A stretch of 64,000 nt of DNA from Raillietiella orientalis. Its lineage: Eukaryota. The stretch's first letter is position 1. Each line of letters begins with the position of its first letter. A program made the translations under genes and the position numbers. Under the pieces are notes generated by a model. It had not been told where the DNA came from. It saw only the letters and a list, made by a program, of their open reading frames with translations, and did not search any database. Where the stretch lies: the NCBI GenBank assembly GCA_036172245.1, contig JAYWIR010000020.1:2666001-2730000 (forward strand), written 5' to 3'. Shown here piece by piece: positions 40,300 through 53,469 of the stretch.

Positions 40300-40840
40300 T
40301 GCAGGAACCCAGTGTCCTGTCCTTTTCTCAGTAGTAGTTCACTCTTCGGTCAACATGTTTTGGCAAATCGGCAGTTCCAGATGGTGAAAACATTTCCTCA
40401 ACTAAGGACGGGGCTGCTCTTTTATTGCCAGAACGCAGAAGACATGCAAATATTCGAGTGATCCTATGAGCTGAACATGTTTGCTTCAGATCATCAGGAA
40501 AGCATGGATCCTTTCCCACTTGCAAAGATGCAGCAAGCTTTGCCGTCTCTAAGATGCTGTGGTTCAGATGAAAAATAAACAAACTTTCGAGATCCACGGT
40601 GCAAAGATTGTTTCTTTTCTATTGCATGGGTATCATCAGTCATGCTACATTCATGGGAGTCAGCGTCTAGCTGACCACTTGGAATCAATGCACACTGCAT
40701 GCACGCTTTCGTTTTCACAGGAACTCTGAAAACCGTCTGGACCAGCGACGGGCCATGCGCTCCGTTCCAGAAATGTGGGGCGAAACGCAACTCATTTAAG
40801 GGAATGAGTTGAGGATCACGATTTGAGAACCCAACGAATG
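40300..40840 (-). mobile_element. Decayed RT fragment
   Basis: GAHGPSLVQTVF (QG.PLS..LF) followed by SMTDDTH (YADDT). Confidence 0.3.
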
Positions 40841-42077
40841 CCATTTTCTTACATTTAGACTTTACAATAGCCCGCTTTCTTATTTATTTTTTTTCTTTAC
40901 GTTATATAAGTGGCTTCCCATTGCATCGGTCCAACTATTCGGTTGGTTATCTCTCTCGAGCTATCAGCACTGGGAATGGGATCAAAGGAAAAGGGATAGA
41001 AAAACAGGGAGACTTTTTCTTTTTCTTTCTGCTGTGCCACAATTGAATTCATAAAATCTGAAGTCAAGCAATCACAGAAAAACAGGAAGAAGATTACAAC
41101 TCTGCTAAGAAAAACCTTAGCAGTCAGTCGTTCCTCGGTTGAATCAAATGCTAATGAAATCTCGTTGTTCACAATCAGTTTTCCCTAAGTGAATTACATA
41201 TATTATTTATTTTCATGTGTAGAAATTCCAACCTAGTTTGCAATCATGAAAAGATCTAATAAAGCAATAAAAAGATTAAGTCAGTTTTCATATGCGTTTG
41301 TTACATCAATCGTTATCCCTTGCAATGCATACTTCAATAAAAAGCAAACTAAACCGAACTGCTCTAAAATATTGATTTTCATTAATTGAACGTGCAACAC
41401 TGTGGCTGATCATAAATCTACCTACTCTAATGAGATCTCTGTAGTTGTTCCTCCTGTACAGACTTGTCTATCTTGAGATGTGAGGAGTTCATTGTAAAGA
41501 TCTTCATCCATGAGCCCACTCTTGCGTTCACATTCCACGATAGTCAGTTTGGAGAAAAACTGTCCTCGGCGATGGGGTGTTCCAAAAAGAGCATACAGTT
41601 TTAAGAAACTTGCTTTTATGCAAATTAGGCATGTTTCCAGAGGAACGCAGGTCTTGTGTAAAGGTTGTGTTAGAGTAGTGGTGCGCCTAATTTAGTCTTA
41701 ATGAATCCGCAGCCTGTAAAGCAGTTCACCGAAGCTAAAAATATTGAGGAGCTACCTTTGATCGCACAGAGACGGGGCTCCATCTTGATTTCTCTAAATA
41801 CTGCGGGTCCGTTTCTGGATGCCTCTTCGGGTTCTCAACATCCCCCCTCCTACTTGGCACGAGGTGCCGGATCCATTAGTTGCAGTGCGTTGCTTGCTTG
41901 CTAGAAGGCCGGTTTTCCCGCAGTTTGTTCGGAAGGTGCTGGCACTCCAATGGAGTTGAGTGACAGAAGCAAACCCTGAAGCTCAGTGTTCGGTTCCTAT
42001 AAATGAGCAGTGACATTTACGAGAAACACTAGGTCGTTCGCATAGTCAATCGTTCTCTTTCATTTGGGGGACCGGAT

Positions 42078-44200
42078 TATTTATTCATTCTATTTTATTT
42101 TATTTTTTCATATCCATCAAGACAAATTATTCTCTTCTTGGAGTCCTGAGACGCTTTGCCTTCACTGGGCCACACAACATAGGGAAAAATAGGGAAGCAG
42201 TCTATGATATAATTCACATGAACACTGCTGAAACGAATGGAAGTCAAGAGCTGATTATTGATAGAGGTCAAACATCTGGTTACAATAGACATCACTGGAT
42301 CGATGGTTGAGCACTTGTCGCAAAGATGTTGCTGAAACAGGATGCAATGGCAGAACACGAAACGATTTAGGCTTGCTGACTCTAGTTTCACTTTCAGGAA
42401 CACTACGAAACCATTCTTTTTTCCTCAATGGTTGAGGGAGCTATCCCTCACGTTGCAGAAAGCGGTGCCTCTCTTTCTTCAACTGGGGATTCAGCCAGAT
42501 ACGTCATCAGCGGACCCGTGGAACTTGCTCCTGGAACTGAGCAAGATCTGTGGGATCGAAAAGATTCCGTACCTATCACTGTAGTGTGCCGCCCTTCTCG
42601 AGGGATGGGAGAACCTAGCTGCGGTTCTCTTGCTCCCACTAGACCTAGTAAGGCTGTTGTCTCTTACTCAAAGGCTCTCCACAGTGGTCACGTACTGGGC
42701 TACGTTCGCAGCACCTTGGTAGCACTCTAGAGACAATAAAGGATCCAGAAAGAGAGGAACATTATACTTCTGGCTGGATCGAGCCAGCAAGCTGCCCCAT
42801 CTGACAGCACAGAGAAGAACAGAGAAGGCATACGGTAATGCCTCTGGAATGGCGGAACTGCACTTTGAGCATTCCGCGTAAAATTTCCCAAAAATCACGT
42901 TTCATCTCTTTCTTCATTATATATTTACTGGCCCCCTTTTATGCATCCTGCCGTCTTTCTCTCCGCGCTTTCCCAAGAGGGAAGCTTTCTTTCTTCTTTA
43001 TCGTATGTTTATTGCCTGTGCAGTAAACGATCTGGTGTAACCGGACAACAGACCACTAACGTGGCTCCACCCGTGGCTACATGCATGGCAAGCTTTCCGT
43101 ACGGCAAGCCCTGCAGCGGGAGTACGCGTTTCACGGCGTAGTCCACTTCAGTGGTCCTCTTCCTTGCACAGCTCTCTTCCTCTGGAAGTACCCTGGATTG
43201 GAATCAACTGAAGCGAATCCTCAAAAAAATTCATTTCTTGGTTCACCCTTCTAACGAAAAACTGGCAAGCCAGCTGTAATCTGTGATAGCAAGTGACAAA
43301 GAGAAGGGGAAAACTTTCTGGGGATTTCAAACACATGACTGATCAAATCAGTTGCCATCTCGTTAGTTCTTCTGGATACAGTTTTGCGAGGCAGATGAGC
43401 TTTCAGGGACAACTTAACCAGGCTTAATTTCCCAAGATCTGTTACAAGGCATTTGTGAACGAGTGTGGTTCAAGATGTTCACCTCGTTGATTGGGCAGCT
43501 CTCATGTACTGCATTGCGATTTCCAACCCGTAGTCTTGTCATTAAGTGCTGTCGCACCTCCCGAGTTTCAAAATTTCTTTTTTCAACCCATGGGCGTTCC
43601 TACTTGGAACTTCACCACTGGGATTTTTGAACTCTTTGTGCTCTCCTCTTCACGTCACCCTTCTCGTAAAACAGTATCCGTGAAAGATCCAAGGCAAATT
43701 TAGCACACAGGTTTCACATCTGAAGAAGGTTCTCGACTCCAGGACAGGATTGAGTCCCCGGTGCTGACCGCACGCATCCCTCTTTCCTTCCTACTACTAA
43801 GGTTTTGACGTTCAACGGGAGCCGCTTTCAGAGATCCGCCATATCGGCAATCTCGAAATAAAAAAGGTTCTCCAAACAGTGTATACTATGTAGTGAAGTA
43901 CACTTCTTGCGCATGCTTTCGAAAGCCTTCAACGCACCCACAGCTGCTACCTTGCGCAATGGCGGACTTATCTACAACAGGGGTGGATTCACGATGGAGA
44001 CTCATCGTCCACTTGCGAATGAATGAATCACCATATTTACATGGGTGAGTTACTTTTTCCAGCTTAATTCCAAGTTCAGAAAAGTTTCGCGGCCACTTTA
44101 AATAAGTCCGAACTCCGGCTGTTTTCCCGCTGTGTTCTCTATTGCTTACGCCAAATGGAACAGCCTCAATGTGCACGACAGAACAATGATGAAGAGTGAG
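42078..44200 (-). mobile_element. Decayed non-LTR element, 3' half with A-rich tail
   Basis: KYGDSFIRKWTMSLH (GFG..FI.WI..LY), ELTRWQ, C-terminal LCDKCSTIDPVMSIVTRC...YVVW, then a stop inside an (AAAAT)n-like tail at about 42078-42108. Confidence 0.5.
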
Positions 44201-47200
44201 AGGATGAGACGATATGGATGCAAGGAATATGAAGCAAGAATGAACTCACTATCCGTCTTCTGGTACTTATTTCGGATCTCATTTCAGATCAGAAAACGGG
44301 GTCTTGGAACATCAACCAACGGCCCAAATGTCGAAAGTTGTTGATCACTGCTTAATGAGAATCATCGTGGGTCTTTTTGTCTTTCAAGAAAGGAGAACAA
44401 TTCGAGAATCGGGAACATAAAACGAAAAGAACGAGCTCTTTGTGCCCTGCAAATGCCTTTGATTTGGTGGACTGCGGATCCGGATGCAAGCGCTGAAATC
44501 AAGTCCCACGTCACATGTGGCTACTGTTTCTAATGCAACTTTCGTTCGTAGTCTCATTTTTGAGAGACAAAAAAGAAAAGAAAAGAAAAATCTTGTAAAA
44601 AAAAAAGAGGTGAAACTTCCAGTTTGTCAACGATCGTTGCAAAATTCCTTGATCAGCATCCTTAGTGAAAAAACTGAAGCGGTCACAACGCAAGCAGAAC
44701 CACATGGAGAAATTCAACTAAAAACCTCCTAAAAAGTCAAAGGGCAGTGCAAATTATTCGATTTCATTACTGCATGTGATATAATTACTTCGTGCGCTGA
44801 TTTGGGGAGTGATTCCACGCGTTCTTGCTGAGTCACGTCTGCAAACACTTCGATCTTTCGGAGAGATGTTCGGTGTGACCATCCGCATGCCCATGGTCCT
44901 CGATCCTTCAGCTTCCTCCGAGTCGGCGGTGACTCGTTCTTTCGAGTACTTGGTACGGCGGCTGGGGAATGAGTGAGTAGGAGGAGTCGAAATGGCACCG
45001 GATGCGATTCGTGTTTTCATGGCTAAGCCATCCAGCACAATTACTCTACAATTGCCAGCCGTCAAAGTGGTATGTGAAAACATGAAACATCTAACAAACA
45101 CAGAAATATCCCGATAAATCTGTTAAGGAGCTTGGAGAGGAGGAACAATAGCAGGTGATAGAGATAATTTTTTTTTTTTTAGATAAACACAAGACTCGTA
45201 ATATTACTGGTTATTAGTTTTAAATGAACCTCAGTAGAAAACAACCGTCCGTTGTCGAGTTCGCGATTCCAAAATCACATCCAATTTTCGTCGAGAGAAG
45301 TTCCTTGGATACTTCTTACCAAGGCAGCACAAATGCAAATGAACTGCGGTTTCTTCAGGCAATAGAACTTGGCTTTTTCCAAGACTCATGTTTTACGTTT
45401 CCCGATGGGATCGATGGTTTGATCCTCCAATAAAAGAACTCAAATTTGATAGCTTTGTGGTTTCATTCGATCTATTAAAGCAATGATGCCCATACATACA
45501 CTTCGATGCTAATGTTTATGAAGCTTTTTTTTTTTTTTTTTTTTTCACGATGAAAACCATCACATTGCAACATTTAAATGTTTTAAGAGATCCCAAGTGG
45601 TGTTCTTCGTGAGGGTCGTAAAACACTCATCGTTTTGTTTAACCTTCCCTTTTTCTGCTGTTCAAGTTCTCTGCTTAATCTTTTTTTCTAGTGACAAGTT
45701 TCGAAATTGGCTCTTGTAGATTTTCCATCACTGATTTTTTTCTTTTTTCTTTTTTTTTTTTACACTTCTCCTTATTGAACGTATGAGTCGGCAACAAAAT
45801 CGCTAGTGATTCTTTGCTTAAAGACAAAAAAAAAAAAAAAAAAGAGGCAATCAAGTGATTGCATCGTTTCGGTAATTCCTGTTCAGTCTCGACATTTTGC
45901 GGTGCTGTTTGCAGCGGACATTGCTTCTTGAGATGCTCGTTGCCTTCTCTCAACTAGAGGAAGAAAAAAAAACAAACTCCACGTGTCTTGCAAGAAAATG
46001 CTCCGTAAAAATGGGACCCACTCTTAGAAGAATGCAAAAATTTGCCTCCCTGAGCGTCTTCGTTCATCATTCCGAAGTGCAAGACGGAGAAGAAGATAGC
46101 AAGAAAACTGCCACGGCCGCCAGACGGTCGTTCTTGCAGTTCGGACATACATCGAATTTCTGGATTGTTTTTACCTGAAGCGTTTCTTTGATTTACATCT
46201 TGGATGAAATTCATTCTGCCAGAAGAGATGCTGCTGCCTGTCGTTCTTATTTGGTCCAGGTAGAAATCTGGAAATTCCGGAACAGTACAAAACCGAATCT
46301 CTCTCGATAAGTTTATCACAGAAAACAACCAGGCCGTTTCGAGGCTTCGTCGTGAAGGACCATCGACATAGGGGCGTGTGGTGACGGTGGCTGTCTCTTG
46401 CAGAATCCCGTTGTGGGAGGTTCTCAGTTTTCCGTTTGCTGTTTGACCAGTTCATAGCTGCCTGCATCCCCTGATCAGCTTGCGAACCGCAGCAATAACA
46501 TCTCAATTTTTGTATGGCTCTCGGTGATTGCATGAGTAGATACGATCTTCATTAGAAAAAGCTTGCCGAAGGCACTCTGAAAGGTCTGGGAACATCCATT
46601 TTTTAGCATCCTAAAGAGTTTCGAACTGAAATTCAGATGCGGTTTCTGACTGTGATACATCCCCGTGACATCCTATCTTTCCTACTTAAGATGCATTCCT
46701 AGCCGACCAGATCAGACAGATCGGCTACCGTGATGAAGGAGAATTCACAGCCTTTTTCGGAAGTCACTTAAGTGAGGTCTTTACTTTCACACTCAGATGT
46801 TATTATTGTCGGAGACACGAGGAGCCGGGCAGGCGAAGAGGTCAACAGCTGGCGATAAGAAATCACCCTAAAAAAGACGATCAAGAAACCTCGTTAGTGA
46901 GAAGGAGGGGAGAATCTCTGTAGAAACAAAACTATGAAGCCAGAACATCTCTTTCCAATCATTAACTCTTTCCTGTTGCACCTCACAGGTGGATCGTCCC
47001 ATCCGCTGCTGATCCGAAACGGAAGCTCCGAAATGCATCACAAAACACCATCTTCGCGAGGTGCTCTTGCCCCGCGCCAAGAGTGCCTGCCAGCAGACAT
47101 AAATTGAAGCATCTCCGTCGTCAAGCAACAAATAAATAACCACTTGGTAACCCTTTGTTGTGCACATGATTTCGCTTGTGCTTTCATGCACGCTTATTCT

Positions 47201-47679
47201 GCCCAAACGTGCTATTTGGACTCGGAAAAAAAAAACGCGGCCAGCCTTCGACATGCCATCCTGTACACGCAGGCAAGCGATCACCTGGGAACCCTGTTGT
47301 CGCTGAGAGTTCCCTGGTTCAAATGAATCAGAAAAAGCTGGAATGTAACACTGTGAAGAAGCTCTTCTGTGAGAATTCCTTCCTTTTAGGGACTGGCGTG
47401 AGGAAGGAAGTAGAAAACGCACAGAACCTCCATGGCATGAAAACACGTCAGAAACACCAATCGAATCTGCCCCTTTGATAGAAAAATGGCTCTCTATTAT
47501 GAGACTTTTGTTTTTATTTGCTAATTTTTGGTTCTGTTCACTTGTTAGAAAATCACTTTCCATTTTAAGGTTATCGTTAAGAAGGGGCAGAAATGCATCA
47601 TCATCAAGACGAAATTGAAAAACGCGTCATGTTGGCTGTAATTTGATTTTAGCAAGAACTTTCCAAACGTGCAGGAAAC

Positions 47680-48340
47680 TGAACTGTCATGTGCAAAACT
47701 TCTTCATCATCTGGCCACAGCACCAGGCGATGATTCCACTGTTTGTGCAAATGCTCCACCGGCTGCTTGGGTGGTGGTTGGAAATGAAGACACGCGACAC
47801 CTTTAGTTGCTCCCAGTGCTAATCCCTCGAGTGTTTGGCTGGAAAAAGCATGACTTTTAATTTTGTCGAATGCAAAAAAGACGCGCGAATGTATTTTTGA
47901 GCATTGCTGAAGAGAAGGCAGCGGGACTTTTAAGATGCAAGGTGTTCTGCAAGGAGCCACCTGTTGGCACCGCAAAGCACCGAGACTGAACAAGGAAAAA
48001 ACTGAAAAGTGTGCTGAGCAGTGTTTCACCAGCTGCATTCCTCAGCAAAATTCCCTCCAAGTGTCTGTTTGGTCTCTGCAGCTCTTCTTTCGAAAGACTT
48101 TATTCACAGCCAACAAAACCAAACACGCCAGAAAAATCGGAGACAGCAGTGCCGACCTGCTGTATGCGGGAAGCTGCGTGGAACCGTTCTCTTCTCTCCA
48201 AGGCGAACCCTGGAAGATTCCTACCCTCCTCGGATTTGCCGATGCTGAAATTCTTATAGAGTCGAAGAGCATCTTCTTTTTCGACATTTTCTGCAAAGTC
48301 GAGTGGAGAAGCAATTCGTCGTCCCGATCTGGAAAGTCTT
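47680..48340 (+). mobile_element. Possible decayed ORF2 C-terminal fragment
   Basis: CIPQQ...VWSL..FFRKTLFTANK...DSSADLL...VEPF loosely fits the zf-RVT layout. Confidence 0.3.
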
Positions 48341-48846
48341 AAGACGGCGCTTCACAACCCAGATAGAGGATTACGAACTTAACAGTGCTGCCACGTGCTG
48401 CTGCTGCTGTGGTCATCTTGATCAGAAATGCTTTCCCGGATCCGCAAACATGAACGGGGATTTGAAGCTTACTGCACAACGTGAAGCGTCACCACAGCTA
48501 CCGGATCACCAGGACAAGCATAGTTATTGTGTGATCTCTTTGCCGCTGCTGAGATATTGGAACCATTCGTTCATTTGAATCCTCACTTGCGTGTTTTTGC
48601 CATTAATAGTGCCGATTCCGAAGAGTATTCCTGCTTTGGAAAAATCACACGCTGAATTTATTTCATTCCTTTTCGTCCAGGTAGCATCTTTTCTGGTCCC
48701 AGCTTCACCAAAACGCCTGTGAACATGATTTCTGAAGAATTCTTTTTTTTTTTTTTTTTTCAATTAATGGTCAGTAGGGACCTAGCTGGGAGATCGTTAC
48801 TATTTTCGCATAGGATGATTGTCACCCGGTTGTGCTGGGGCATTTA

Positions 48847-48877
48847 TCAGGCTGGTGCAAAAATAATTGCGCTTTTT
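48847..48877. repeat. Mariner terminal inverted repeat
   Basis: TA|TCAGGCTGGTGCAAAAATAATTGCGCTTTTT resembles the Hsmar1-type TIR (TTAGGTTGGTGCAAAAGTAATTGCGGTT). Partner TIR not found. Confidence 0.85.
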
Positions 48878-49824
48878 ACGTATCGAGTATAGAGACTTAG
48901 TTAAAAATTGAGCTAAAAATTGTATTTGTTAATCAAAATAAAGACCATTGGCCGGCCCACATTTCTCCCAACGGGAAACACATTTGTTTATTCCTACAAG
49001 ATTCTGGAGTCCTGGAATTAACGAATTCATCCAAAAGGGCTTTCAGCTGATTCTTGATCTTTGATAACCTTCTCTCGTAGGCAATTACCCAAGTGCTTAA
49101 AAAAAATGATAATCTGTCGGAGACAGTCTGGAGAATGAAGTGGGTGAGGTCAGACTCCATAACCCAGTTCATTTTTTTTAAAGTTATTTGTGAGAGGTGC
49201 GGTCGGGCCTTGTCATGAAGAAAGATTGGTCCTCTTCGGTCGACTAATGCTGATAGTAAACGATGCACCTTCTCGTGCATTTTTCAATTTCCTGACAACG
49301 TTCTTCTGCTGTTGTTGTTTCACCAGGATTTAAGAAGTTTTAGTGAATGATGCCACGTGCCGACCACCAAACAGTGACCGTAAGCTTTCTAAGTTTAGGA
49401 AACTGCTTTGATCCTTCTCCTCGGCCTAGCCACTGCGATGAACGATTGATGCAGGGAATCCACTTTTCGTCACATGTGGCAATCGATCGAGAAAGCGACC
49501 ATTTCTGTTAACGCAAAAGAAGCGCGGAGCAGACTTCATATAGCCGAATTGCTTGATGTTCCTTTCGCTCATGCGGAAACCGTTGATCCAGCTTCTTTTG
49601 CTTTTCCAATCAGGCTCAAGTGTCAAACAACTGTTGAATGAGCAACACTCGAGTTCCTCTGCCACCTCTCGAGTTGCTTTATACGTGGGTCCGATTTAAT
49701 AATGGTTTTTACATAATGATTGTCTATATAGCTGAAGGACGTCCACGACTCCCCTCATTTTCAAGGTTTTCGTTTCCATCGCGAAATTTTCGGAGCCACT
49801 GTTGAACTGTACGTTCACTACTAA
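48847..49824 (-). mobile_element. Degenerate mariner transposon (Hsmar1/cecropia-like), 5'-truncated transposase pseudogene
   Basis: SERTVQQWLRKFRDGNENLENEGSRGRPS (HTH), FLDR, KLTVTVWWSARGIIH*NFLNPGET and GPIFLHDKARPH, with frameshifts and stops. Ends in a TIR next to TA. Confidence 0.92.
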
Positions 49825-49865
49825 TTGAATCAGCAGCCAGCAGAAGCCTCAGGCAACCAAAAGGG

Positions 49866-50316
49866 TTTTTTTGTGTGTACGTGGTTCGCCAGGTACCTCA
49901 AGAACCGTTGCGCCCCTGGCGGCGGCGCACGCAGCTGTTTGACGCTGCCCCATCCGAGGGCGCGTGTAATTCTTCGGGATAGGGGTACCCTGAGAGGAAC
50001 ACCCTATAACTTGAAGTTCCGGAGGGAGGAGTTCGTTCCTCTCGCGCCTGGGAGGGAACCCTGAAGGGATCCTTGATTCCTGGAAGGACCCTGGAAAGTC
50101 AACTCCCAATCCCGGCCACTCGTCGGAGCATCCGGGGTTTTTCTGGCTTCCAGCATCACGACACCTGAAGCCTGCAGGCCAACCAGAGCCATCTTATGGG
50201 GGGAACTCGGATTCACGACGCACCCTCATTTTTCGGCGTCGATCCTTTCCCGGATGAGATTCGAACCCGTGACGTTTTGCGCCGCCACGCGCGGAGACCG
50301 CAGCCATGTAACCTCC
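49866..50316 (-). mobile_element. SINE-like element, tail type B
   Basis: Inverted close copy of 25463-25910. B-box GGGTTCGAATCTC at 50256-50268 and a short A-rich end. Confidence 0.7.
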
Positions 50317-51164
50317 TCCAATCTCCAGCTTCAAACTGTTTGCAACGCATTTCCAACTTCTCACAGAAAGACTGCGAAAATTTTGAGCGTCCAATGCTTG
50401 TCCTTAATTCCAGTAAGATGAGGATGACGAAGATTTGGGGAAATGATCGGGTAATAGAAAAAAGTGCAAAAGTTCGAACGAGAGTAGCTGTGATCAATTG
50501 GCCAACTCCCTTTGACCTTTTGCTTATGGCGACACAGTAGGAGGGGGGGTGAGGGATTCTCAACCACTTGTGGTTCTCTTCAAGCAAACTTTCGAAACAA
50601 ACTTCGAGACTTTTCATGAAGTGACAAATGGCGTCGAGCATACCAGCATCCAAACAAACCATCCAATGAATCTGCAGCGAAGCCTCGTTACTCCAGAAAC
50701 ATCCGATTCGCCTGGAAGAACTCGAATTGTACCGCTTATAGTTCTGTCGCTCATTCCTATACAGCAATGGCTTTCAATGAGCCAAAAGAGAACGCATTCC
50801 AAAAGAGAAAGATCAACCAATCGCTATTGTCTTGGTTCGAGATTACTTGCTTTTATTTGTATACGACTAGTAGTACGCTACATTGTCCCTATATTGTTTT
50901 GTTTTGTTTTTTAATTCCTGATGTTAAATACATGTGCTGTAAAATTAGGCCTCTTTAAAGAAATAGGGGTTTTGAGCAAACCTTTTTTTTTTTTTTTTTT
51001 CGAATCGGCATTTTGTAAGTTCCGAGCGCTCGTTCGAAATCATAAAAGAGCGGAGGTTTTTAGCGAATTACTCGAGTACGAAAGTTTCCGAACCAGTACA
51101 CTGGATTTAACGAGGCACACATCTAGGTAAAAAAAAAAAAAAATCAAGATATTTCAGAAAATTG

Positions 51165-51265
51165 GGTGTTCGATACACGATGATGCAGCTTAGTGTTCGG
51201 CATACGATGATGCAGCATGGTGTTCGACATACGATGATGCAGCATGGTGTTCGACATAATGCAGC
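51165..51265. repeat. Minisatellite, 27-bp unit x ~3.7
   Basis: ggtgttcgacatacgatgatgcagcat repeated head-to-tail with few substitutions. Confidence 0.9.
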
Positions 51266-51799
51266 TGTGCATTTCGTTTTTCTCTATGTATTTCACGAGC
51301 TACCCTTTTCATTTCACTCATGTGCTCGAGTGAGTCCAGGTTTGCCTTGAGTCCACATGGCATGGCAGGAACGAACTGGGAAATTGATTTTTGCTCTGGT
51401 TTGCCACTCTCGTAAACAGTACTAGTAGGAATTCTAATGAGAAAAATAGGTTTCCTCTGAAAGACTGGCACACTTAGTGCGCGGGCCGTTTCAGGGATAA
51501 TGGTCTGAACGATTCATTGTACTACTCCGTTGGGTTTGAAAAAATACGATTGCAGAAGTGACCTGGAAAGGATGACTTTCAACAGGCTAAGAATGTCAAG
51601 CTAACCCTATTCTCTCTTGTCTTCTAATTGTCCTCAATTCCCCGTTTCAATGTAACTCCACACATGTGTGCACACAACTGCTGCACTCTCATCAAAAGCA
51701 AAACATTAAGGTGCCGTGATGCTATTCCTTGGTTTTTTTTGGAAATCTTCGCGGGCGACATCTGCAGCTGTTGACTCCCAAACTCTCAAACTCTGCATT

Positions 51800-52520
51800 A
51801 TGTGAATGCTGGTCTGACTTGGGTTTGCCAAAAAATGTAGGTTAAACTTGCCGTGATGAGATGCTCATTACATCGAGAGCTGGACCAACGAGAAGCAACT
51901 CGAGAAACAGTGCAAAAGCAAAAAAAAAAAAAATAATCTGAGAACACTGTGGATACAGAGTTCACCAGTTTTGAGAGAATGGCAGTGATTACCTTCGATG
52001 GATCGAGATCTATCCTTCCGAGCATGCTGTTTACAACGCCAAATTATTAAGAGACAAACTATGCGGATTCTAAGATGCGAATCAGCTTTGAAAGATGAAA
52101 GTATTCTCGGAAAGAATTCAACGCAAGCAAGAAGTTTCATTCAGACAGTGGGCCGATTTTCAGTAGGAGCTGATCAAAAACGAACAGGGTTTTGAAGGAC
52201 GGGGCTGACAAGAGGCGCGTTTCAGATTTATTAATGACACAGCCCCAGAAGAATCTTGGGTTTCAAAAGCTGATGATGAAACCTGTCATTTCCGAAAAAC
52301 AGGATGCCGTCGATGTGGCGTTACCAGGGTGAAAGAAATCACTCTAAGAAAAGCTGTGAGGATGATAGAAACAAGAGATGCATACGTTGGGGTTGCTTTG
52401 GGGAAACACTTTCGTGGATGCATTGGTTATACAATCCTTCGACGGTGTTCTCTGGGATGTGCTCACCAAGAATGTGCCTCTCCATGTTCCGGCTCAATCC
52501 GCTCACAAAATCAGCTTCTC
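51800..52520 (-). mobile_element. Possible decayed RT fragment
   Basis: TVEGLY (I..LY), LFFGND (FADD position), LGRIDL (GRI.L). Weak. Confidence 0.28.
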
Positions 52521-53139
52521 ATTTCGAGGATTCAAAGGAGGAGATACATAAATGCTCTAAACCGGAAGTTAGGTTTCAGTCGTATTTTAGACCTGAAAAT
52601 TTATTCCGGTTTAAAAAAGCAATAAAAAAAAAAAAAAAGCGCGTCGGCCAATTATACCTGGAGGGAAGGTCATGAAAAGTGCCGTGCTCGAGATACATAA
52701 AAGCTTTCACATCTATGAGAGCAGACCTCAAACGAGGATGCCAATCTGGCACACGAATAGTGGATGATCCCATGGAGAGTGCCTCTCTGGCAGCAAACAC
52801 AGAAGCACTGCACTGTGTGAATGTTACGCAAGAGAATATAATTTAATCTACATGCATAAAATTAATAAGAGAAATACCTTAAATGTGTACATGCAAAGTT
52901 CCATAAATATTTCATCTAATGAAGTAGGAATAGCCATCAATATATTATTATGCAACATGAGTGTATTGTATTTATGGATCATTGATTAATCCAATTCATT
53001 TACATTACCTCAGGCACATTATGGATGTGTAATGAAATCTTCGAGCCAGAATTAAAGATATGCTTTTATGATTGCCACCAAATGTTTGGAATATTAATGA
53101 ATAACGTTTCGAATTGGAATAAATAATGTATAGAATATT

Positions 53140-53430
53140 AATCAAGATGCAGCATAAGAAAGGGTGGGGTGAACGACGTTAAGTTTGGATTCGTAAATGT
53201 AATTTTACATTCAAACAGGATGTAATTGCGAACATATCTGAGAATGGCAGGTAGAACGATATTATAATCATTGATCAGAGCAAACGATCTCTCTTTTTGG
53301 TTTGAGATTGAGATAACGCAGTCGGAACACAGCGGTTGCGAACGATGGTCGGCCGACTCGGGGAAGAAATTCTTGCTGAGTCGGAAGAAATGCTGATAAA
53401 CATGGGTGCTTGTGTTTTTGTGGGAATATG
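53140..53430 (-). pseudogene. cytb: Possible NUMT fragment of mitochondrial cytochrome b (C-terminal half)
   Basis: KHKHPCLS resembles KIPFHPYFS, and about 160 nt later PAILRYVRN resembles YAILRSIPN. Adjacent to the rrnL remnant. Confidence 0.35.
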
Positions 53431-53469
53431 AGATTATGTGTGACACACTGATTTGTGTCGTTGACAGCA

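Noticed and set aside
51165..51265. CRISPR-like array
   Set aside because: The units are head-to-tail with no unique spacers, there are no cas genes, and the context is eukaryotic. It is a minisatellite.
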